Under the pieces are notes generated by a model. It did not search any database. It worked only from the letters and a program-made list of their open reading frames with translations, and was not told the DNA's origin. From IMG/VR virus record IMGVR_UViG_2061766007_000275: a stretch of 64,000 bases of DNA; one strand, written 5' to 3'. Shown here piece by piece: positions 29,595-38,395 of the stretch; the stretch's first letter is position 1; each line of letters starts with the position of its first letter. Origin of the DNA: an uncultured virus (IMG/VR IMGVR_UViG_2061766007_000275) (taxonomy: Duplodnaviria > Heunggongvirae > Uroviricota > Caudoviricetes). Made by a program: the position numbers and the translations under genes.

Positions 29595-31250
29595 ATGTTT
29601 AGAGTAGGTTCAGCACAGCATTTGTATATGATGGAGAGTGAAGGAATGGAAAATCAAGTTACAACTAGAAGAGCCGCAATACTGGCAGCCGCAAATGAGG
29701 TAAAAGCAAAAAGACCTGACTATTTTAATGATATTTATGCTATTGTAGCAAATCATGGATTAGATCTAAATAGCTTCACTCCAGCAGAACTTGTTGAATT
29801 TGAAAGAAGGGCTGGATTAAAATGATTGAATATGATGTAACAGTAGCAGTTAAAGTTAGAGTTCAAAAAGATAGTGGAGAAGAAGCTGAGAAGTTTACAG
29901 AGCAAAGAATTTATGATGATTTAAAAATTTGCTTTGATGACTGCGATGATATTCAGCTTCTTGATGTAGATTGTACAGACTGGCGTCTTTGGACTCATTC
30001 AGATGACGCTGAATTAGATTGGATGGAGGAATATTAATGGCTAGTTATATAGTAAGAACAATAGTACTTACACAAATAATAACCGATAGTTCTAAATCTG
30101 CTACTAAATATGCTATTGAACATATAAGCAATGATTTAGAAACTTGTTTTGATGATACAGATATACAAATTCTTGATGTATATGCAGATGATTGTAAATT
30201 AGTTCCAGATTTAGAAGAAGAAAATGAAGAAGAAGAAAGATATGGAGATTAAGAGGAGGATGAAGAATAATGGCTAAGGGAGCTACCAGTAAGGATAAAG
30301 TAAAAGAAAAAATTCTTGAAGTATTTGAAGGTGCTTTTGTAAATGATAAGGAAATCCGTATCCCATTTGTTGAGAATGGAGAACAGATAGAAATTAAAGT
30401 GGCGCTCACATGTGCTAAAGAGATAATTGGCGGCGGAACTGCCCCAGTAAGTGTAAATATTGCACCCAGTGCATTCCCAACACCTGCGGCGCCCGCAGTA
30501 AAAATTGAAGCAACTGACGAAGAAAAGCAAAGATTAAAGGAACTTGTAGCTAAAATGTTCTAAGGAGGGCATTATGCAATTATATGTAGCAGAAGAGTGG
30601 CAAGGTGGATCTGAAGTATATTATGTAAGTTGTCTAAAAGATCTCGGAAATAACTCAGGTAATTGGGCGCATTTACTAAAAATTTTTAATGTAAATGTGG
30701 ACAATTTAGTTAAAATACTTACAGATGATTTTCATGTAGATTATCTTAATTATTATATTGAAACTGATGTTTTGATATTCTATTGGAAGTCACTTTCTGC
30801 TGCCCGCAAATTTAAGAATGAGGTTAATAAAAAAGCAAGGCAGTTAAAATATATGATTTGATTTTTTGAAAAATTTTTGTTATAATATTTATAGAAAATA
30901 AAAAAAGGAGTGAAAATCAAATGAGCCGTTCATATAAACGACACCCAGTTGTCAAAGATAATGCAGGTGGTTCAAAATTTGCCAAAAGGCGAAATAATAA
31001 AATGGTTCGTAAGGTTCCTATTGATGAAGAGCTACCTACAAGAGCAAGAAAATTTTTCACTAAACCTTTTGTAGACCAGTATGATATACATGATTTTGTA
31101 TGTCGTTGGGATTGGGATGCTGCCCTTGCTTGGTTTTTAAGAATTTGTAAAGAAGGTCATCCTCAATGGTATTTTAGTCGAGGAGAAAGAAAAATTGAGA
31201 CAGTTGAAGATTTTTATAACTGGTGGGTTCAACATTATCTAGGTAAATAA
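29595..31250 (+). other. small hypothetical genes (29595-29825, 29822-30037, 30037-30252, 30270-30563, 30574-30861, 30921-31250)
   Basis: ORFs with SDs; 29822 and 30037 look like tandem paralogs (DL..CFDD). Confidence 0.7.
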
Positions 31251-31294
31251 TTTATAGTTGATTTTTTAAAAAATTTTTGTTATAATATTTATAG

Positions 31295-31730
31295 AAAATA
31301 AAAAAGAAATAAATCACTGAAACGGATCTGGTCCTAGTCGTCTGATTAGGTGTGTGAGGGAGAATAGGCTAGAGAGACCTCCGCACTTAAAGTGTTGGTG
31401 AAACATACAACCGCCTAATCTATTGTGGTTTATATATAAAAAATGGATGGTTTGTTATAAGGTGACATATAATGGAAATAAGAACAGTTTTTCCGCCATC
31501 GAGCTAGAGATAATGACTGAATTATCCGCTCATATGCACTGAGCGCAAAAGTGCATCCCGCGTTACAAGGGAAGGTAACTACCTTGAGCATAAGTATAGG
31601 AAAAATGCTTGGCTGACAGATCCATAGTTAATGAGGTTATACCATTAATCCAAAAAATGGTTGTAAGCTAAAACAGATTAAGCTATAGGAATTCTAGATA
31701 CCCTATAAACTGTACAGTTATTATTTTATT
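31295..31730 (+). ncRNA. candidate large structured ncRNA
   Basis: ORF-free, directly after promoter 31258; GGATCTG/CAGATCC closing stem and several inner helices. Confidence 0.5.
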
Positions 31731-31791
31731 TTTGGATCGGATGATTTTATTCATCAATTTATTATTTTATTATTTTATTTTTAATTAATGT

Positions 31792-31874
31792 AAAGCACAT
31801 ACAGCAACCAAAAATTTTTTTCAAGCCTACAATAAATAATGGATTTATTACATTTTGAGAAAAAACAGTGCTTT
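31792..31874 (+). ncRNA. ANRCAGCAA-bulge RNA, copy a
   Basis: AAAGCAC-ATACAGCAA...GTGCTTT. Confidence 0.7.
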
Positions 31875-32034
31875 GAGTAAATAAGAGATAGATTAAGCTA
31901 TCAGTTATTGGGTGCAAGTCCCAACTTATTTATCCGATGAAGAAACCCCCTTTACTTTTATTACCCAAAGTTTGATTGATTGGTTTGTTTGTGAGTTTTA
32001 TGTACCAATGGTAAAAAACAGAAAACTCACTTTT

Positions 32035-32107
32035 TGCCCCTTCGTCTAGAGGGCTAGGATGCCAGATTCTCAGTCTGGAGACATGGGTTCAAATCCCATA
32101 GGGGTGA
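32035..32107 (+). tRNA. tRNA-Glu(CTC)
   Basis: CCAGA-TTCTCAG-TCTGG; T arm. Confidence 0.9.
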
Positions 32108-32163
32108 TTTAGATATTAACAACAATAGTAAAAAATATATCTAGGAAAAAGGAGATAAAAGGA

Positions 32164-33738
32164 ATGAGTTACAATTTATTTGTAGATAAGTTAGAAAATG
32201 AAATAGGTAATGTATCTGTTACTGAAAATGGTGCGCTTGGTTACGCTACTTCAGGCAAGGCTATTCTTGATATGAATTTTAAAATTTCTAGTTATCGCAA
32301 CCGTACTGCGACAGAAATTATAAAAGATTTTAACCGTGCCCTTAATGAAACTCCCAATGTAGCATTAAAGTGGTTATTCTTTGCGCGGGATGTGCGTGGT
32401 GGCGCCGGAGAGCGTAGATTATTCAGAATTTGTATGCACTGGCTTGCAGAGCAGTATCCTGACCTCGTAAGAGAATTTATCCCTATCATAGCAGATTATG
32501 GTCGTTATGATGATGTTCTTGAATTAGTTAGCGTAGCCGAACTTCGTGATTATGTTGCTAAGTATGTTTGGGAAACTTTAACTAGCGATATGGATAATTA
32601 TGAGCAGAAGAAGAGTATTTCCTTACTTGCTAAGTGGATGCCTTCAGAAAATGCAAGCTCACCGGCTACTAGAGCCGCAGCCCGCAACTGGATGAAGAGA
32701 TTAGGTTTAGCCCCTCGTGTATATCGTAAGTTACTTTCAAAGCTTCGTGCTTATATAGATGTAACTGAAGTTAAGATGTCAAATAACGAGTGGAGTAAAA
32801 TCGACTATGAAGCAGTTCCTTCAAAGGCTAATCTTAATTATAAAGAAGCTTTTATGCGTCATGATGCAGACCGCAGACAGGCTTATTTAAATGCTCTTCA
32901 GAAAGGTGAAGCTAAGATTAATGCGGCAACCCTCTTCCCGCACGAGATCTTTAGTAAAGTAGACCGTCTTGTAGGTAATTGGCGTCCAATTCCCGCAGAT
33001 GTAGTTGCTCTTGAAGCTATGTGGAAGGCACTACCTGACTATGTAAAAGGAGAAGGTTCTACTATCTGTGTTAGAGATGGTTCAGGTTCTATGATGTCTA
33101 CTCTTGATGGAAGTTATGATAGTTCAAAGCCTTCTTGTCTTGATGTTGCATCTGCACTTTCTGTGTACTTTGCAGAGAGATGTTCTGGTGCTTTTAAGGA
33201 TAAGTTTATTACCTTCAGTGCTCGTCCTCAGTTTGTAGATATGTCTGAATGCAAGACTCTTGCAGAAAAGGCTAAGCTACTTCGCAAATACAACGAGTGC
33301 GATAACACCAATATTGAAGCTGTATTTAATCTTATTCTTGATTTAGCTGTAAAAAATAGAATGTCTCAGAAGGATCTCCCTAAGAACATCCTTATTTTAT
33401 CAGATATGGAATTTGATTCTTGTACACAGAGTAGCTATTGGAGCAGTAGAAGTTTTAATAATCCATCAGCGAAGTTATTTGACGAGATTAAGAGAAGATA
33501 CGAAAGAGCAGGCTACAAGCTTCCTCGTTTAGTATTCTGGAACATCAACTCTCGTACAAATACAGTACCTCTTATGCAGAATGACCTCGGTGTTGCTCTT
33601 GTAAGTGGTTTCTCAACTGCTATTGTTAAGATGGTTCTTTCAGGCAAACTCGATCCATTCGAGTGTCTAGTAGAAACTCTTAATGATAAGAGATATGATG
33701 CAGTTGATGCAGCAATTAAGAGATATGTCACTAAGTGA
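32164..33738 (+). CDS. DUF2828-family protein (TROVE/Ro60-like helical domain plus vWA)
   Basis: TENGA, RDVRGGAGER, AKWMPSE, YEAVPSKA; vWA MIDAS DGSGSM, NTN, SDMEFD, VFWN, VSGFS. Confidence 0.85.
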   Translation: MSYNLFVDKLENEIGNVSVTENGALGYATSGKAILDMNFKISSYRNRTATEIIKDFNRALNETPNVALKWLFFARDVRGGAGERRLFRICMHWLAEQYPDLVREFIPIIADYGRYDDVLELVSVAELRDYVAKYVWETLTSDMDNYEQKKSISLLAKWMPSENASSPATRAAARNWMKRLGLAPRVYRKLLSKLRAYIDVTEVKMSNNEWSKIDYEAVPSKANLNYKEAFMRHDADRRQAYLNALQKGEAKINAATLFPHEIFSKVDRLVGNWRPIPADVVALEAMWKALPDYVKGEGSTICVRDGSGSMMSTLDGSYDSSKPSCLDVASALSVYFAERCSGAFKDKFITFSARPQFVDMSECKTLAEKAKLLRKYNECDNTNIEAVFNLILDLAVKNRMSQKDLPKNILILSDMEFDSCTQSSYWSSRSFNNPSAKLFDEIKRRYERAGYKLPRLVFWNINSRTNTVPLMQNDLGVALVSGFSTAIVKMVLSGKLDPFECLVETLNDKRYDAVDAAIKRYVTK

Positions 33739-34027
33739 CTTTCTCTTAATTGATTTTCTAAAAAATTTTTGTTATAATATTTATAGAAAATGAAAGAGAG
33801 GAAAAAATCAAAAAGATTTTTCCTCTCTGGAATAAAAAAGAAAGTTGATTTTCTAAAAAATTTTTGTTATAATATTTATAGAAAATGAAAACAAAATCTT
33901 TTCTTATAGCATAACAAGGGTTATAAGATAAAAGTAAAGTAAGCTCCCGTCACCTTGTTTGAATAAGGGGGCTGAAATACCGGCTAAGTTCGATGCGAAA
34001 TGCAGGAGTTGCTTAGCTTATTATTAA

Positions 34028-34114
34028 CGGCAGGTGGTACAGCGGCGACTACACTGGACTGTAAATTCAGCACCCACGTGGTAAACACCGTAGGTTCGAG
34101 TCCTACCCTGCCGA
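34028..34114 (+). tRNA. tRNA-Tyr(GTA)
   Basis: CTGGA-CTGTAAA-TTCAG, long variable arm. Confidence 0.9.
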
Positions 34115-34116
34115 CT

Positions 34117-34233
34117 GAGGGAAGTAGCTTAATGGATAAAGCACGTATAAAGTGTCTAGTTATTTTTGACGCAAACAGCAATTTATATGGACTTGCGGAT
34201 CCCGTGATAGAGGTTCAAATCCTCTCTTCCCTC
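34117..34233 (+). ncRNA. tRNA-like RNA (His-like G-1:C73) interrupted by a permuted ANRCAGCAA module
   Basis: AGGGAAG/CTTCCCT acceptor, intact D and T arms, 43-nt hairpin inserted in the anticodon stem. Confidence 0.75.
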
Positions 34234-34490
34234 CTTAGTGCTTAGAAGAACACTCGAGGTTTGTCTAAGGACGACATCTTCGTAAGGGTTTCTTAAGATG
34301 TAAAACTTCAGACCCCTTGACTAGTGGTGATATTTGTAATTGTTCGCATCACACCTTATCAAAACGAAATCAAAAAAGATCGGACGAACAATAAGCGAGA
34401 TTTTATAGACTTTCCTGCTTGGAGTTGGAAAACTAAGTTTGCAAACGAGTCGTTTTGGTAGTTTTTTTCCTTTAATGAAAACTACCGTAT

Positions 34491-34562
34491 GCTCTCCTAG
34501 TATAATGGAGAGAACACTTAGCTACGGACTAAGAGATGTAGGTTCGATTCCTACGGAGAGTA
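34491..34562 (+). tRNA. tRNA-Arg(ACG)
   Basis: CTTAG-CTACGGA-CTAAG. Confidence 0.9.
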
Positions 34563-34569
34563 TTTATTT

Positions 34570-34643
34570 GGACGGTTAGTTCAGTTGGTTAGAACGCCAG
34601 ACTGTCACTTTGGAGGTCACGGGTTCGAGTCCCGTACCGCCCG
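34570..34643 (+). tRNA. tRNA-Asp(GTC)
   Basis: CCAGA-CTGTCAC-TTTGG. Confidence 0.92.
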
Positions 34644-34864
34644 TTTTATTGGGTAAGACACCCAATATTACATTTAGGAATGTAGGATTAAAAGTGTCCA
34701 TCATCTAAGGAGTAGGATACTACGTGAGTAAAGCACAAACCTATAAGGGAATGGCACCAAATCATAGACCTTAAGCTATTGAGGATTAATATGTGGAGGT
34801 TAAATCGTAATAGCAAGTTAAATCCTTTTGGTATAAAAACACACCTAAATGTTTCAACTAATAT

Positions 34865-34940
34865 TGCGGGATCGACTGGAGGAGGTTCCAGCCCAGCCTC
34901 ATAAGCTGTGTAACGTGGGTTCGACTCCCACTCTCCGCAA
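34865..34940 (+). tRNA. tRNA-Met(CAT)
   Basis: CAGC-CTCATAA-GCTG; T arm GTGGG-TTCGACT-CCCAC. Confidence 0.8.
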
Positions 34941-35139
34941 CTTCAGGACAAGGGGTAGGGGTCCATAGCAGGGTGCATTACACCTCCTTGATGAAAGATA
35001 CAAATGACTTTGAGTAATCAAGAGAACAGATTTAAGAAATCTCGTGGCTGACTATCGTCCTGTTTGTATATATTTTCTCATCGGGGAAATTCCCCAAAAC
35101 CTCTTTTCTGCGGGAGTTGGTTTTATAATTCCCGCATCT

Positions 35140-35212
35140 GAGTGAGTAACCGAATGGCATAGGTGTCAGTCTTAGAAACTGGATTTTGCGGGTTCGACTC
35201 CCGCCTCGCTCA
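35140..35212 (+). tRNA. tRNA-Leu(TAG), short variable arm
   Basis: TCAGT-CTTAGAA-ACTGG. Confidence 0.85.
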
Positions 35213-35498
35213 TTAAAGGTTGGATACCTTTAACCAAAATCTCTCGTGGGTTCGTCATACGATAAAGGATGTACGCTCCATATAAAGCGGATATATGGCG
35301 GTAGGTTGGTATATCGTGATTGTTACCATCCAGTGATGAACTGATCAGCATCCGGATTGACTCAACCGTTAGCGAGTGGTTCTCGCAGAGTTGATTTTTT
35401 AAAAAATTTTTGTTATAATATATATAGAAAATGAGAAAGGAAGTATAAAGATTATGTTTAAGCGAAAACAGAATTTTACATTTAAGAAAAAAATGTAT

Positions 35499-35570
35499 GC
35501 GTCCGTAGCCTAATGGTTAGGCACAGAACTTTTAATTCTGGGTATGCGGGTTCGAGTCCCGTCGGGCGTA
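35499..35570 (+). tRNA. tRNA-Lys(TTT)
   Basis: CAGAA-CTTTTAA-TTCTG. Confidence 0.92.
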
Positions 35571-35638
35571 TCAAAGAGAGGAGCTGGTACGAATCCAGCG
35601 ATAAAGTTGAGTAGTAAGGAGACGCCTCTCTTTCATAA

Positions 35639-35712
35639 GCCTGCGTAACTCAATCGGCTAGAGTAGCAGACTCTTAATCTGAAGGTTCCGGGTTCAAATC
35701 CCGGTGCAGGCA
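35639..35712 (+). tRNA. tRNA-Lys(CTT)
   Basis: CAGA-CTCTTAA-TCTG. Confidence 0.92.
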
Positions 35713-35717
35713 CTTCC

Positions 35718-35789
35718 GTCCTCTTAGCCAATCGGTATAGGCACCAGACTGAAAATCTGGTAGACTTGGTTCGACTCCAAGACTGGACA
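35718..35789 (+). tRNA. tRNA-Phe(GAA)
   Basis: CCAGA-CTGAAAA-TCTGG; two acceptor mismatches. Confidence 0.8.
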
Positions 35790-35797
35790 TTTCTTAT

Positions 35798-35860
35798 AAG
35801 ACTCATACAGCAATTTTACTTTGCATTAGACTTTTAACCTAACACGCAGAAATGAGTCTT
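35798..35860 (+). ncRNA. ANRCAGCAA-bulge RNA, copy b (Lys anticodon-like loop)
   Basis: AAGACTC-ATACAGCAA...GAGTCTT enclosing TTAGA-CTTTTAA-CCTAA. Confidence 0.75.
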
Positions 35861-35866
35861 GATTAT

Positions 35867-35941
35867 TCCTCCGTCGCCAAGTGGTAAGGCGCGTGACTGT
35901 TAATCACGTATTTTTCGCTGGTTCGATCCCAGCCGGAGGAG
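35867..35941 (+). tRNA. tRNA-Asn(GTT)
   Basis: CGTGA-CTGTTAA-TCACG. Confidence 0.93.
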
Positions 35942-35944
35942 CTA

Positions 35945-36022
35945 TAAGCTCAAACAGCAACTTTTAAAATTATCTTACCAAATTATTAAAAATAGCTTAG
36001 GGATAAGGCGAAAACGAGCTTA
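35945..36022 (+). ncRNA. ANRCAGCAA-bulge RNA, copy c
   Basis: TAAGCTC-AAACAGCAA...GAGCTTA. Confidence 0.7.
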
Positions 36023-36027
36023 GCAAT

Positions 36028-36098
36028 GTCTCCATCGTACAACGGTAGTACTCTTGACTTGTAATCAAGGTATGGCGGTTCAAATCCGTCTGGAGGCT
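36028..36098 (+). tRNA. tRNA-Thr(TGT)
   Basis: CTTGA-CTTGTAA-TCAAG. Confidence 0.9.
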
Positions 36099-36664
36099 GG
36101 TTCCTTTCGAGGACATCGTCAAAACAGGATTTCTACCTTTCTGATGGCAGAGACGATATAAAAATAAACAGGCAGAGAAAGGTAGATAAAATTAATATAA
36201 GACGCTGTGAATATAGGCGGGGTTAGTTATAAACATCATTCAAGGTGACCTAAAATCCTCGTTAGGGTAATACATGAGAGCTGCTCCTATGGCTGAAGGC
36301 TCTTGTCTTATATCATATAAGATTAAGGAGTGGAGAACCTACCAATAGGTGAAATGATATATCCTATGGTCGTGCTAATACGTATTAGATAATCTTATAT
36401 GCGTTACGCACCTACCTATACGATAAATAGGGGAAGTGTGATAGGGTGTATATTATTATTAAATGTATATTATTATTAAAAGTAAGAAAATTTAATAATT
36501 TAGTCACACCTAAATTGTTTTATGATTTTACTTTTATAGAAAAGTTTTGTTTAACGAAAGTACTGATTTTGAGGAGTTGGATGTGGAGGGCTATGCAGAT
36601 CCATTTAATATCTGGCATAGAGTAAAATAGGTAGCAAGTAGAATAAATAAAACTTTTTGAATTT

Positions 36665-36738
36665 GGGGCTGTAGCTCTAATTGGGAGAGCGCCTGCCTTG
36701 CAAGCAGGAGGTTGTGGGTTCGAAGCCCATCAGTTCCA
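36665..36738 (+). tRNA. tRNA-Ala(TGC)
   Basis: CCTGC-CTTGCAA-GCAGG; G3:U70. Confidence 0.93.
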
Positions 36739-36744
36739 TTACAT

Positions 36745-36822
36745 TAGGCTCATGCAGCAATCTTACATTATTCTTAAAACATCAAATTTGGGATTTGAAC
36801 AGCGTTGAAGATAATGAGCCTA
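36745..36822 (+). ncRNA. ANRCAGCAA-bulge RNA, copy d (Pro anticodon-like loop)
   Basis: TAGGCTC-ATGCAGCAA...GAGCCTA enclosing TCAAA-TTTGGGA-TTTGA. Confidence 0.75.
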
Positions 36823-36827
36823 GATAA

Positions 36828-36900
36828 CTCCCGTTAGTCTAAAGGAAGTGACGCCAGCCTTTCAAGCTGGAGATGCTGGGTTCGATTCCCGCACGGGGGA
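36828..36900 (+). tRNA. tRNA-Glu(TTC)
   Basis: CCAGC-CTTTCAA-GCTGG. Confidence 0.88.
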
Positions 36901-37043
36901 CTGTAAATAATTAAAAAGGAGTAAATTATGCAATACTTTTTATATGGATTTTTAGTAATATTAGGCTTTATTGGTGGATTATTTACATATCCTTTTATTA
37001 AAGAATTGCGTGAAGATGAATTTTTAGATTAAGGAGGAAAATC

Positions 37044-37469
37044 ATGCAAAACTATGTAAGTCCAATTATATATGATAATGACGAACTTGCGGAAGGCGTA
37101 TATGCTTCAGGTAGTGGAAGTGATGCTGATTGTTGGACTATTGATTATACAGTCCCGCAGAATTGGAATGGTCAAGCAAAAGTAATAGAAGTTAAATGTT
37201 CTCATAAGAAAACTGTATATCACACTTCTACCGGTTTAGTTGCTACTCTTGTGTTTGACAAGGCTCCATCTAGCGTCACCGCAGAAAACAATAGTGATTA
37301 TCAAATTGTAACATCTGGAAACACAGTAGAAGTTACAAGAAGTTTGAATGGAAATGCTTTTTATTCAGGCGATGAAGTTACTTTTAAGCTTTTTGTTACT
37401 TGTTTAACTCAAGCAGAAACAGAAGCTATTAATGTATTACAAAAGTCAATAAGATGTATTCATAATTGA
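37044..37469 (+). CDS. hypothetical protein with RiPP-leader-like N-terminus
   Basis: MQNYVSP...ELAEGVYASGS. Confidence 0.65.
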   Translation: MQNYVSPIIYDNDELAEGVYASGSGSDADCWTIDYTVPQNWNGQAKVIEVKCSHKKTVYHTSTGLVATLVFDKAPSSVTAENNSDYQIVTSGNTVEVTRSLNGNAFYSGDEVTFKLFVTCLTQAETEAINVLQKSIRCIHN

Positions 37470-37532
37470 TTTTTTGAAAAATTTTTGTTATAATATATAT
37501 AGAAAATGAAAAAGAGATAAAAGGAGAAAATT

Positions 37533-37724
37533 ATGAAAAGTACACGCAGACAGGACTATGTAAGTAAGAGAAATATTTTTAATGAGTTTATTAATCGTGC
37601 GGCAGCCCGCAAGACAAAAATTCAGCTGGCTAAAGAATTTAAAATCCAGCGTGAAGTTCTTGCAAAGCGCAAAGCCGAGGAAGCTGATAAAGCAGAACCT
37701 ATTACTGGAGAGGTAATAGAGTAA
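37533..37724 (+). CDS. small basic hypothetical protein
   Basis: Promoter 37466 and SD. Confidence 0.7.
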   Translation: MKSTRRQDYVSKRNIFNEFINRAAARKTKIQLAKEFKIQREVLAKRKAEEADKAEPITGEVIE

Positions 37725-37728
37725 TATT

Positions 37729-37844
37729 TGGGCACAGACAGCAAATTGTTTTGTTACAAGACTTGATGCACATTTAAGGAGGGGAAGGGCTTTTAAGCAT
37801 TCTCATTTATTGAGCCTACGGGTTGGGGTATTCGTTCGTGCCCA
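37729..37844 (+). ncRNA. ANRCAGCAA-bulge RNA, copy e
   Basis: TGGGCAC-AGACAGCAA...GTGCCCA. Confidence 0.7.
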
Positions 37845-37897
37845 GTATAGAACATATGAATACCCAACTTGTTTGCTTTCTTTTAAAGGAGTAAAAT

Positions 37898-38299
37898 ATG
37901 TTTGATTTTTTAAGTAATGTTAACATAGTTCCAATATTATTTTTGTTTATGATATTTTTACATATAATAGCTGATTATTTAGTGCAAAATGATTTTATGG
38001 CTAAATATAAACAAAAAAAGAATTGGGAGCCATATATTAAAGATGGTCATTATAAAAATGATTTTTGGGCTGTTTTAGCAGTACATGCTTTTAGTTGGGC
38101 ATTTATAACATTTTTACCATTGTTATTTTATACGCACAATACATTATTTTTTACTTCAATTTTATTTGTAAATACTATTGTTCATATATTTGTAGACCAT
38201 TTGAAATGTAACTTGTTCAAAATCAATTTAATTGTTGATCAATTACTTCATTTGGCACAAATTTTAATAACTCTGGCGTTTGCTTATTATGCCAGATAA
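37898..38299 (+). CDS. DUF3307-family membrane protein
   Basis: HIIADY..Q, H, H...D..K, DQLLH. Confidence 0.85.
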   Translation: MFDFLSNVNIVPILFLFMIFLHIIADYLVQNDFMAKYKQKKNWEPYIKDGHYKNDFWAVLAVHAFSWAFITFLPLLFYTHNTLFFTSILFVNTIVHIFVDHLKCNLFKINLIVDQLLHLAQILITLAFAYYAR

Positions 38300-38308
38300 A
38301 TATTAAAA

Positions 38309-38391
38309 GGCTCTGTGGCTAAATCGGTAGAAGCACGGGACTTAAAATCCCGAGACCTAGAGTCGTGTGGGTTCAAGTCCCACCAGAGTCA
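38309..38391 (+). tRNA. tRNA-Leu(TAA)
   Basis: CGGGA-CTTAAAA-TCCCG, long variable arm. Confidence 0.92.
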
Positions 38392-38395
38392 TTAA

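Noticed and set aside
31295..31730. RNase P RNA
   Set aside because: The conserved GAGGAAAGUCC motif is absent; only a weak 3' resemblance
34146..34188. Self-splicing intron in a tRNA
   Set aside because: Only 43 nt, located in the stem, no group I/II core
33984..34245. ORFs 34000-34245 and 33984-34181
   Set aside because: Overlap tRNA-Tyr and the interrupted tRNA
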